A DNA stretch of 64,000 nt, from positions 214,811 through 278,810 of the forward strand of contig JAEUTN010000005.1 of assembly GCA_016787895.1 (NCBI GenBank), read 5' to 3'. Within the stretch, counting starts at the first letter, position 1. Each line of letters begins with the position of its first letter. Position numbers and translations under genes: made by a program. Below the pieces are notes generated by a model. That model saw nothing but the letters and a program-made list of their open reading frames with translations. It searched no databases and was not told the DNA's origin. Of the stretch, positions 1 to 8,560 are shown piece after piece. The stretch comes from Bacteroidia bacterium (lineage in GTDB: Bacteria; Bacteroidota; Bacteroidia; B-17B0; Aurantibacillaceae).

Positions 1-316
1 GATAGGTAGCCGGTAATTGCAGCTGTCTTTGTTTGAAATATCCGAATACACTTATGCCCACTATGTATAGTAAGACTCCCCCAAAATAGAGATACATCAA
101 CATCCAGCTATTGATCGCACTGGTTTGAGAAAGCAATAAAAAAGCCAGAATCATAACGGAAAGCGCAACCACGGTAATTATCCGTGTTTTGGAAAATGCC
201 TGGATGAGGAGGCCCTTTTGTTCGGCCGATAACTGTTTCAGGGCTTTTTCATTGAGCACCCTGGCTAGTATGGTTAACCCCAGAAAAAAGATTACCGGAA
301 GTAAAAGAAACGTCAT
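1..316 (-). CDS. hypothetical membrane protein (3' end runs off the window start)
   Basis: ATG at 314-316 (minus) opens a frame with no stop down to base 1. The translation MTFLLLPVIFFLGLTILARV...VVALSVMILAFLLLSQ...LYFGGVLLYIVGISVFGYF is a series of hydrophobic helices. It is absent from the ORF track because it has no stop inside the window. Confidence 0.4.
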   Translation of the reverse strand, partial: MTFLLLPVIFFLGLTILARVLNEKALKQLSAEQKGLLIQAFSKTRIITVVALSVMILAFLLLSQTSAINSWMLMYLYFGGVLLYIVGISVFGYFKQRQLQLPATY

Positions 317-380
317 ACTTACAAAGGTGGGGGAAAAAAAGGAATCCGCGATAAACCGGTTAAAATCAGAGAACAGAAAA

Positions 381-1238
381 TTATTTCATGCCAGACTCAA
401 CCAGCTTCATAAATTGGTCGAGTTTGGGAAGAATAACAATACGGGTTCGGCGGTTTTTTGCGCGTCCTTCCTCAGATTCATTGGTGGCAACCGGGATATT
501 TTCACCCCTGCCCGCAGCAATAATCTGGCTGGCGTCTATGCCATACTTGCTTTGCAATAAACGAACCACCGACGTTGCACGCAACACACTTAAATCCCAG
601 TTGTCTGCAATGCCTTTGCGTGAAATGGGTTTGTTATCGGTATGACCTTCTACCATGAATTGCAAATCTTTGTGACTGTTCAGAACCTGAGCCACCTTTT
701 CAAGAACTGATCCTGCTGCCTTAGAGACTGTAAAACTTCCGGTTTCAAACAACAGTTTATCACTGATGTCTACAAATACAGCAGAGCCGTCTACCTTTAC
801 CTGAATATCCTGATCGTTGATATCGCGGAGTGCACCTTTCAAACTTAAAACCAGCGCCATATTCAGTGAATCTTTTGTGGCTATGGCCGAGGTGAGACTC
901 CTGATGTATGATTCTTTTGAATTGATGTTATCCAAGGACTTTTTAATACTTTCGGCCTGTGTGGAATTGATCACAGAAAGTTCCTGCATCTGATTGAGAA
1001 GTGCATTGGTTTGTTTTTTCAAACTGGTGATTTCCGCTTCCAGTTTTTTAATTTCTCCGGACTGGATGGACTTCTGATCCAGGCACTCATCCAGGTGGCG
1101 ACTAACCAGGTTGAGAGAATCCTTCAGGCGGTCGTAACGCGAAAGCTGGGCATTGAATTTTTTCTTAGAAACACAACCTGCAGCTAAAACAGTGGCAAGC
1201 AGTATCAAAAGGGCTTGAAAAACTCGTTTTACTAACAT
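381..1238 (-). CDS. OmpA/MotB-domain lipoprotein with coiled-coil linker
   Basis: The C-terminus FMVEGHTDNKPI...NWDLSVLRATSVVRLL...AAGRGENIPVA...NRRTRIVILPK is a classic OmpA_C peptidoglycan-binding domain. The internal start MLVKRVFQALLILLATVLAAGC gives a lipoprotein signal peptide, so I placed the start at 1238 rather than the ORF-track 1325. Confidence 0.85.
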   Translation of the reverse strand: MLVKRVFQALLILLATVLAAGCVSKKKFNAQLSRYDRLKDSLNLVSRHLDECLDQKSIQSGEIKKLEAEITSLKKQTNALLNQMQELSVINSTQAESIKKSLDNINSKESYIRSLTSAIATKDSLNMALVLSLKGALRDINDQDIQVKVDGSAVFVDISDKLLFETGSFTVSKAAGSVLEKVAQVLNSHKDLQFMVEGHTDNKPISRKGIADNWDLSVLRATSVVRLLQSKYGIDASQIIAAGRGENIPVATNESEEGRAKNRRTRIVILPKLDQFMKLVESGMK

Positions 1239-1351
1239 AAATCTTAAATTTCCGCAAAAATACAAAATACACGCCTTTTTAAGGGGGATTCTTTGACTAT
1301 TAACAAAGGCTGAAGCAGAGGACATCTCAAAAAGGTGAGATTTGGCATGAC

Positions 1352-1467
1352 GGATAACGGAGTCGAATCCCGAAACTGCTCCGAATAGGTTGCAGTTTCG
1401 TGGACCCTCGAAAAACTACGATTCAGCTTCTGAATCTGGTTTTTCGGGGCCGATGACCTCTTGCATG
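1352..1467 (-). pseudogene. tRNA-Ala-derived fragment (T-arm/acceptor 3' half) interrupted by an 82-nt double-hairpin insert
   Basis: 1352-1367 is identical (16/16) to 1757-1772 of the intact tRNA-Ala gene, and 1450-1467 is identical (18/18) to 1773-1790. The two pieces are contiguous in the tRNA but 82 nt apart here. See findings. Confidence 0.5.
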
Positions 1468-1723
1468 ACAAATCCGTTCCTTATGACAAATTCATCCTGC
1501 TTTTGCCGTGAACGCAAATTCTTCAATTTGCGTTCCAGCACCATGGCTTATTTACGCGAAGCAACTTCCCCAGACCACAGCAATGTCCAGGGTATCCCCT
1601 TTTGTGTATAGGTGCTTTCCCCGGAATTGTGGGCTTTTATTCTAGATGCCAAATCAGATGTTTGACCTATATATCGTCTGTCCAATCTCGCAGAATATAA
1701 CAGATATACCCAGTGTGACCCCA

Positions 1724-1749
1724 TAAAAAAACCCCACTTAGTGAGGTTT
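1724..1749 (-). terminator. intrinsic terminator downstream of tRNA-Ala
   Basis: The minus strand reads AAACCTCAC-TAA-GTGGGGTTT followed by a T run. This is a 9-bp stem with one G-U pair, starting 4 nt after the tRNA 3' end. Confidence 0.7.
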
Positions 1750-1752
1750 ATG

Positions 1753-1827
<75 letters not shown>

Positions 1828-1911
1828 TAAAACGGTCGGGTGGTCCCTTAAAATGTTCTCTTTAGAAAACCTGGGTTGACCAGACAAACGGAGTGCAAAA
1901 ATGGGACTTTT

Positions 1912-3024
1912 TCAGTTCAGATGCAAATTTTTTATCCGGCTTACCATGAGTTCGGCTGCGTTTTCTGATGCACCGGGTTTGCCAAGAAGTCCGTTCAATT
2001 CGCGATACCCGTTGAGGACTTCGTTGCGACGGGGACCTGCGAGCAGACTGCGCAATTCTGACTCACAATTGGCCTGATTGAAGTTATGTTGTAAAAGTTC
2101 CCTTACCAATTCTCGGCCCAGGATAAGATTAACAAGAGATACCCACTTCACTTTTATCACTTTTTTTCCTATCCACCAGGTGATAGGAGAAACTCTGTAA
2201 CAAACCAGTTGGGGCACGTTGAATATGGCGGTCTCCAGAGTAGCTGTGCCACTTGCAACCATGGCTGCCGATGCATGCGCCAATACATTGTAAGTATCGT
2301 TTTCTACAACCATTACCGGAGTTCCTGCCATTTGGTTTATCCGGTCTCTGTTGTATCCCGGCGCTGCAGCGACCACAAACTGATATTCCTTAAATCTGGT
2401 TTGCAAAGACGCCATTAACGGCAGCGTTCCTGCAATTTCATGGCGGCGACTGCCTGGCAGCAGGGCAATGATGGGTTTTTCGATTCCCATTTGCTCTTTC
2501 CACCGGGGAGTGGCTGAATAGGCAGAGATTGCATCTAAAACAGGATTACCCACATAATCGACAGGTACCTGAAATTTGCTGAAAAAAGCCGGTTCGAAGG
2601 GGAGTATAGAATATAAATGACTTACATATTTTTTTATTCCTTTTACCCTGCCCGTGTTCCAGGCCCATACTTTTGGAGCAATATAATAATGCACAGGGAT
2701 TGACAATTCACTTGCAAACCTGGCCAGTCTCATATTAAACCCCGGATTATCTATAAGGATCAATGCATCGGGATTCCATTGCCTGATATCTTTCTTTGCC
2801 TGCTCCAGAAACCGGGCAATTGTTCGCAGATTGCTGATCACCTCCCACAATCCCATGAACGCCCGGTTTTTATAGTGGGAAACCAATGTACCCCCTGCGG
2901 CTTGCATCAGGTCTCCCCCCCAGAATCTGAACTGTGCGTCAGGGTCTTTTGCCAAAATAGCGCGCATGAGGTTGCTGCCGTGTAAATCGCCACTGGCCTC
3001 ACCAGCCACCAGATAATACCTCAT
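1912..3024 (-). CDS. lpxB: lipid-A-disaccharide synthase
   Basis: The N-terminus MRYYLVAGEASGDLHGSNLMRAI and the overall ~370-aa GT19 architecture fit LpxB. The start at 3024 overlaps the upstream stop as ATGA, so the ORF-track extension to 3198 is rejected. Confidence 0.9.
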   Translation of the reverse strand: MRYYLVAGEASGDLHGSNLMRAILAKDPDAQFRFWGGDLMQAAGGTLVSHYKNRAFMGLWEVISNLRTIARFLEQAKKDIRQWNPDALILIDNPGFNMRLARFASELSIPVHYYIAPKVWAWNTGRVKGIKKYVSHLYSILPFEPAFFSKFQVPVDYVGNPVLDAISAYSATPRWKEQMGIEKPIIALLPGSRRHEIAGTLPLMASLQTRFKEYQFVVAAAPGYNRDRINQMAGTPVMVVENDTYNVLAHASAAMVASGTATLETAIFNVPQLVCYRVSPITWWIGKKVIKVKWVSLVNLILGRELVRELLQHNFNQANCESELRSLLAGPRRNEVLNGYRELNGLLGKPGASENAAELMVSRIKNLHLN

Positions 3025-3332
3025 TTCATGTATATAAATATGATATAAATCCCCCACAAAATGGTGGCAATCAGCACTCCGCGGGCTGCCAACTCTTTGT
3101 TCAAGCGCAGCATGAGAAAAAACAAGCCCAGATTGATGAGTGTAGCCAGGCGGATAAACGGGCTGAACAGATAAATTCCGTGGGTAATCCCAAACCACCA
3201 GGCTTGCAACCCCCCACCCTGTCCGTTCAGCGCAAACTTTTCATTCAGAATATACAACAAAGCTCCCAAAACAAATGGAAGAAGCAACCCGGGTATGAAC
3301 CCAAACAAGATTTGCTTAATGGTATTATTCAT
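3021..3332 (-). CDS. small integral membrane protein, unknown function
   Basis: This 103-aa ORF has three hydrophobic helices. It is translationally coupled on both sides, with an 8-nt overlap with surE and a 4-nt overlap with lpxB. Confidence 0.6.
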   Translation of the reverse strand: MNNTIKQILFGFIPGLLLPFVLGALLYILNEKFALNGQGGGLQAWWFGITHGIYLFSPFIRLATLINLGLFFLMLRLNKELAARGVLIATILWGIYIIFIYMK

Positions 3333-4098
3333 CCAGCCCCCATTGATTCACGGTGCCCATCCGTTGGTGATCTGTAAGATCAAACATGGTGGGTACCACA
3401 GAAACATATCCATTAGACAGTGCCCATTCGTCTGTATCCTGCCCATGATCCATATTTACAAATTTGCCGGTCATCCAGTAATAGGTGCGGCCAAAAGGGT
3501 CAGTGCGCTGGTCAAAGTCCTCTTTCCACTTTGCAACGGCCTGCCTGCAAACCCTGATACCTTTTATGTTTCCATCGTCAGGCTTGGGGATGTTTACATT
3601 GAGCAACGTGCCATATGGCAGGTCATTCTCCAGTGTCGCCTTTGCTATCTTTCTCACTATGGGCCTTACGGGAGAAAAATCTGCATCCCAACTATAATCA
3701 GACAATGAGAACCCGATGGATTTCATACCATCAATGGCGGCTTCTACTGCTGCACTCATGGTACCCGAATAGATTACATTGATGCTGGAATTGCTGCCAT
3801 GATTGATGCCAGAGACCATCAGATCCGGTTTGCGGGTAAGTAGTTTGTCAATCGCGATTTTTACACAATCTACCGGTGTTCCTGTACATTGCCATGCCTC
3901 TACCCCTTCATGCAAATCCACCTTCATGAGACGAATGGGCTCATTGATTGTGATTGCATGTCCCATTGCACTTTGAGGCTTATCTGGGGCAACCACGATT
4001 ACTTCACCCAGGGTCTTCATTTCTTCAATCAGGGCAGTGATGCCCGGAGAGGTGATGCCATCGTCGTTACTGACCAGGATGAGGGGCCGGTTTGTCAT
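3325..4098 (-). CDS. surE: 5'/3'-nucleotidase SurE
   Basis: It carries MTNRPLILVSNDDGITSPGI...VVAPDKPQSAMGHAIT, the SurE signature. An alternative upstream ATG lies at 4122. Confidence 0.9.
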   Translation of the reverse strand: MTNRPLILVSNDDGITSPGITALIEEMKTLGEVIVVAPDKPQSAMGHAITINEPIRLMKVDLHEGVEAWQCTGTPVDCVKIAIDKLLTRKPDLMVSGINHGSNSSINVIYSGTMSAAVEAAIDGMKSIGFSLSDYSWDADFSPVRPIVRKIAKATLENDLPYGTLLNVNIPKPDDGNIKGIRVCRQAVAKWKEDFDQRTDPFGRTYYWMTGKFVNMDHGQDTDEWALSNGYVSVVPTMFDLTDHQRMGTVNQWGLDE

Positions 4099-4189
4099 TC
4101 CGGCAAAATTCGTGTATTTCACCTGAACCGATTGCCCGAAATCAGAAAAATTCTAAAAAGTCTCCCTGCGCTGCCTATAACAGAAACTG

Positions 4190-4221
4190 AAAAAAAAACA
4201 GAACCAATGACCTTCTGGTTC
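4190..4221 (-). terminator. intrinsic terminator after the 4274-4612 gene
   Basis: The minus strand has GAACCA-(9 nt)-TGGTTC followed by TGTTTTTTTT. Confidence 0.55.
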
Positions 4222-4273
4222 CATCAGAAAGAACTGTTTCTTCCTGAATAAGTCAATTTTGGAATTACTACAT

Positions 4274-4612
4274 TTAATACAGCAGTTCTGTAATGCTCTT
4301 TACAGGAATAGCCGTGCCGCCTTTGAGCATAACATGTTCTTCGTCTGCATGCCAGATGGTGGTATATACCTCATGCAAGCCCTGAGTGGTTAAGAACCGG
4401 ATAATCACTTTTCCATGTTCCAGGTTTCCCAGGCTGGTTGCCGATTTTAAGCGGGTCAACAAATCTTTAGCTTTGTCTGCCGAACTTAACAATGTTCTGG
4501 CAGAGAATGAAACCCTACCGAGGTCTTCTTTTCTGATTTTTGTTATTGTAGTCATAAGCACAGGATAATACATGTTCTTCTTACAGTTGTAACGCACAAT
4601 TGATAATTTCAT
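4274..4612 (-). CDS. hypothetical protein
   Basis: This is a 112-aa ORF with no motif I recognise. Internal ATGs (for example MTTITKIRKEDLG at 4555) are possible alternative starts. Confidence 0.45.
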   Translation of the reverse strand: MKLSIVRYNCKKNMYYPVLMTTITKIRKEDLGRVSFSARTLLSSADKAKDLLTRLKSATSLGNLEHGKVIIRFLTTQGLHEVYTTIWHADEEHVMLKGGTAIPVKSITELLY

Positions 4613-4694
4613 TTTCTACAAAAGACAAAATTCTCAATTGCACCGGCAACATGCATTGCAATGCATTGCAAGGAGGTCAAATGACCACGCAGGA

Positions 4695-6395
4695 CTAACT
4701 CTTTTTCTTTTTGCGCTTCCCGTCTGCCTCATCTACCTTGAGCATGGTGACTTTTCTAAATCCCTTGCGGGCCACACACATCAGTGAGCCTTCTTCTGTG
4801 ATGAATGCAGACCCGGGATCGCAGCGCCATCCTTTATTGGGCGAAGCAGAGGTAAACAATGTGCGGGTTTTGAGTTTGCCATTTTCAAATGCTGTGATAT
4901 CCAGCCGGTTGCTTCGCCGGTTGCCATAATAAACAGAAACTACATGTACATCGCCATTGGGCATTTTTACGGGTTTGAATCTTGGGGGAGATGACTCATA
5001 AACCCTGATCAACCGTTCAAAACTACCGGAATTGATATTCAATGCCGGCATTTTGGCGAATACCTGTGCGCTGGCTGGTACAGTAAATACACTTACTATA
5101 TCTGTATCATGCTTTACCTCTGCAATCAACCCATCACCCCATACGAAACTGAAATTCTTGGTAGGAATAATGTTGGTGGCAGAACTTCCTCCGCTGTTTA
5201 TCTGAGTATTGATATCCAATCCAATAGCGCTGCTGAATGCATGGGGCTGGTAACAAATGATTTTCGTGCTGTCATTTTTCGCAACCACATTGGTTGTCAC
5301 CAATCCTTTATTGTAAGCTTTGGTCTGCAGGATGGACAGATTTTCCATCAGCTGGGTCTGAAACTTTTTATTAATGGGATTAATGACCCATTGTCCCGGC
5401 AGCAGGGAATCTGTCCGCACAGGTACAGAATACCAGGCAACGGTATTGTTTGATTTCAGTTTACAAAATCCACTTAAGACCAAATGGGATTCATCGGCAC
5501 CTGAAATATCCAGGGTGAGGAGATTCAGAGACTCATTTGAAATTTCAACCGGAATAAATTCCTTGCTTCCTTTTGCACTATAATATAATTTAACTGCTGG
5601 TGGTGCCTTTACATTTGTTTCAACTGACTTGTTTTTGGAGGTTTTCTTTGCTTTGCTGCTGTTCTCCGCATTGTTTCTGAGAAGCACTGCTGCCATATTC
5701 CCGGCTTTGTCGCTGTATACATGGGTAAGCGCATACTCCTTGTCACTGTCTTTGGTTTTGAATGCCCCGGATTTCAACTTGTTGAATTCACGGTCAAGCG
5801 CAACATAATTGAATGCAACAAACTGGGTCGCTTTGCTGGCCCGACCGGTTGTTTTGGGTGGTGCCATGCTATAGATGACAATAGCAGAGGTATCTGCATT
5901 GAAACTGAATTTCCCATTCTGCTTGGCCGGTATACTAAAGTATTCTTTGGGCCTGGAGAGAACTTCATACACATGATTGAATTTTGCCAGACTAATTCTG
6001 GTGCTACCCTTTTTTCTGGCAGATGACACCTGTATCCCTTCGCCATTGCCAATAGGAATGAACTTCAGATAAGGATCTTTCCCGTATTTGGGCGCAGCAA
6101 GGCCCGTGAGTTTTTTCTTTTCCCAGTCTTCACCGTTTACATCCACGGAAAACACATAACTCTCCAGGCGGGGCATTACCGGAACAAACATGATGTACCA
6201 GATAATGTGTTTCATTCTGGATGCCGCATAATAACTTCGCCCATCTACAATTCCCAGAGGAACAGCATCCACGGTTCGCGGATAAAGGTACTTTTTACTA
6301 TATGGAAACAGCGTGGTTTTTGATGTTTGTGCCTGCAATGCATTTACAGATAAGAGCAAGGCAAGCACGAGAAGGGAATGTCCAATTCTTTTCAT
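4695..6395 (-). CDS. hypothetical secreted protein with poly-Lys C-terminus
   Basis: The internal start MKRIGHSLLVLALLLSVNALQAQ is a clean signal peptide. The protein is 566 aa and ends DGKRKKKKS. I recognise no family. Confidence 0.6.
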   Translation of the reverse strand: MKRIGHSLLVLALLLSVNALQAQTSKTTLFPYSKKYLYPRTVDAVPLGIVDGRSYYAASRMKHIIWYIMFVPVMPRLESYVFSVDVNGEDWEKKKLTGLAAPKYGKDPYLKFIPIGNGEGIQVSSARKKGSTRISLAKFNHVYEVLSRPKEYFSIPAKQNGKFSFNADTSAIVIYSMAPPKTTGRASKATQFVAFNYVALDREFNKLKSGAFKTKDSDKEYALTHVYSDKAGNMAAVLLRNNAENSSKAKKTSKNKSVETNVKAPPAVKLYYSAKGSKEFIPVEISNESLNLLTLDISGADESHLVLSGFCKLKSNNTVAWYSVPVRTDSLLPGQWVINPINKKFQTQLMENLSILQTKAYNKGLVTTNVVAKNDSTKIICYQPHAFSSAIGLDINTQINSGGSSATNIIPTKNFSFVWGDGLIAEVKHDTDIVSVFTVPASAQVFAKMPALNINSGSFERLIRVYESSPPRFKPVKMPNGDVHVVSVYYGNRRSNRLDITAFENGKLKTRTLFTSASPNKGWRCDPGSAFITEEGSLMCVARKGFRKVTMLKVDEADGKRKKKKS

Positions 6396-6517
6396 CGTTT
6401 GGGCAGATATCGAATGCAAGGTTAGAAAAAAAACGGAGAAAACAAACCCGGTGAGAAAATTCTGAGTCATGGAACTCTGCAAAACATAAAACGGATGGCT
6501 ACATTATCTTTGCCGCA

Positions 6518-7681
6518 ATGGTAGACAAATATGCGAAACGCGGGGTTTCGTCGCAAAAGGAAGACGTACACAATGCCATTCGCAATGTAGACAAGGGCCT
6601 GTTTCCCAAAGCTTTTTGCAAGGTCATTCCGGATTGGATGGGCAATGACCCTGAATGGTGCAATATTGTACATGCCGATGGTGCAGGGACCAAGAGCAGT
6701 TTGGCCTACATTTACTGGAGAGAAACCGGTGATATCAGCGTATGGCAGGGAATTGCCCAGGACGCCATTGTGATGAATACAGATGATTTGTTGTGTGCTG
6801 GCTCAACCGGGCCGTATTTACTGAGCAGCACAATTGGAAGAAATAAAAATCTGGTTCCGGGAGAAATCATCACCGCAATCATACAGGGTACAGAAGCATT
6901 TTGTGATAATATGCGTTCCCATGGCATAAATATCATTACAACCGGTGGAGAAACGGCAGATGTGGGTGACCTTGTCCGCACCATTATCGTTGACAGCACA
7001 CTCGCTGCAAGGGTGCGCCGTGATGAAATCATAAGCAATCATACTATAGCTGCCGGACAGGTCATCGTAGGTTTCAGCAGTTACGGACAAGCAAAATGGG
7101 AAACAGAGTATAACGGTGGTATGGGAAGCAATGGCCTTACAAGCGCCAGGCACGATGTTTTTTCGTCTTTGTACAGGCAGAAATACCCTGAGAGTTTCGA
7201 TCCGGCGCTGGATGAGGATGTTGTATATACCGGCAGCCTGAAACTCACCGATACCGTTGAAGGAAGTCCGCTGAATGCAGGAAAACTGGTTCTGTCACCC
7301 ACACGCACTTATGCACCGCTGATAAAGAACATTCTGGGTGAATACCGCAAAAACATAAACGGAATGGTGCATTGCAGCGGGGGCGGACAAACAAAGGTCC
7401 TGCACTTTACAGAAAATGTGCATGTGGTTAAAAACAATCTGTTTCCTGTACCTCCCCTGTTTTCGCTTATTCAGCGCGAAAGCGGTACATCATGGGAAGA
7501 GATGTACAGAGTGTTCAATATGGGACACCGCATGGAAATTTATACCGATGAATCCAGTGCTGCAGGAATGATTCAAATGGCGGCTGCCTGCGGGATTGAT
7601 GCACAGATTGTAGGTTATGTGGAAGCCGGCCCTAAAAAACTCACCCTGAAAGGCCCATCCGGTGAAATGATTTACGGGTAA
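6518..7681 (+). CDS. purM: AIR synthase (PurM)-family protein, Bacteroidota long form
   Basis: It contains HADGAGTKS, DAIVMNTDDLLCAG and TTGGETAD, with a PurM-like N- and C-domain layout in ~387 aa. Confidence 0.75.
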   Translation: MVDKYAKRGVSSQKEDVHNAIRNVDKGLFPKAFCKVIPDWMGNDPEWCNIVHADGAGTKSSLAYIYWRETGDISVWQGIAQDAIVMNTDDLLCAGSTGPYLLSSTIGRNKNLVPGEIITAIIQGTEAFCDNMRSHGINIITTGGETADVGDLVRTIIVDSTLAARVRRDEIISNHTIAAGQVIVGFSSYGQAKWETEYNGGMGSNGLTSARHDVFSSLYRQKYPESFDPALDEDVVYTGSLKLTDTVEGSPLNAGKLVLSPTRTYAPLIKNILGEYRKNINGMVHCSGGGQTKVLHFTENVHVVKNNLFPVPPLFSLIQRESGTSWEEMYRVFNMGHRMEIYTDESSAAGMIQMAAACGIDAQIVGYVEAGPKKLTLKGPSGEMIYG

Positions 7682-7813
7682 ATCTCATTTCCAACTCACC
7701 CAAACAAACTGATTCTGCATTCCTTTCAGGGAGTATTCAGAACTGGTGTACGCATTATTTTTCATTCAGCACCAAATCCTGACGAATATTGTTGACTGGT
7801 TTTCGTTTTATAC

Positions 7814-8473
7814 ATGAAATCCGTCTTCACTAAATCCGATATGAAGATTCTGCCGTTATGGATACTTTTTGCTATTGCAGGCGCAGCCTGTCTCCATGGT
7901 TCAGGTTCGGGAAAAAGCAAAATCAACAGCGTTTCTGTTTCAGATACTACCCTGGCAAAACTATTGGAGGCAGCATACAATCAAACCCAAAAGCGGGTGA
8001 CTTACGATGGGCGGTATTTTCAAATCCCCTACCCTATGGGCGACATTCCCGATAGCCTTGGTGTATGCACAGATGTGCTTATCAGGGCATACCGCAAGGT
8101 GGGCTATGATCTGCAGAAACTGGTACATGAAGATATCACAAGATCATTTGCGGTTTATCAGCAAAGAAGATTTTCAGCCAAACCCGATGCGAATATTGAT
8201 CACCGCCGATGTCCGAATCTTGAGACCTTTTTCAGCCGGTATGGACGCAGACTGCCTGTAACCGACAGTGCAATACATTATCAACCAGGGGATATTGTAT
8301 TCTGGAAAGTGAGTGCCGGACATGTAGGTATCGTTTCTGCCTGTAAATCTCCCAAAGACAGCACACGGTTTATGGTGGTGCACAATATTGGTGCAGGCCC
8401 ACAACTGGAAGACTTTCTGTTCAGAGCAGAAATAACCGGGCACTATCGCTATACCCCCTGGAAAAAGCGTTGA
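7814..8473 (+). CDS. DUF1287-family protein (lipoprotein-like leader)
   Basis: The pattern VTYDGRYFQIPYPMGDIP..GVCTDVLIRAYR...NIDHRRCPNL..FF...YQPGDIVFW..GHVGIV matches my memory of the DUF1287 pattern. The leader is ...LFAIAGAAC. Confidence 0.7.
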   Translation: MKSVFTKSDMKILPLWILFAIAGAACLHGSGSGKSKINSVSVSDTTLAKLLEAAYNQTQKRVTYDGRYFQIPYPMGDIPDSLGVCTDVLIRAYRKVGYDLQKLVHEDITRSFAVYQQRRFSAKPDANIDHRRCPNLETFFSRYGRRLPVTDSAIHYQPGDIVFWKVSAGHVGIVSACKSPKDSTRFMVVHNIGAGPQLEDFLFRAEITGHYRYTPWKKR

Positions 8474-8560
8474 AACAATAGCAAGGTCGCTTCATACACC
8501 TGTATTGTCGTTTCACACAAACATTAAATTTCAGTTCAATGAGATGCTCAAATTTGATGC

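Noticed and set aside
1340-1745. Possible tmRNA (ssrA), SRP RNA or group I intron, given the tRNA-Ala-like T-arm/acceptor pieces and strong hairpins
   Set aside because: There is no GGGG...acceptor 5' end with a G3:U70 pair, and no plausible tag ORF ending in ALAA-like residues. The hairpin next to the GAAG loop is 11 bp long, unlike SRP helix 8. The tRNA pieces are exact copies of the neighbouring gene rather than a divergent tRNA-like domain. It is kept only as a tRNA-derived element of unknown status.
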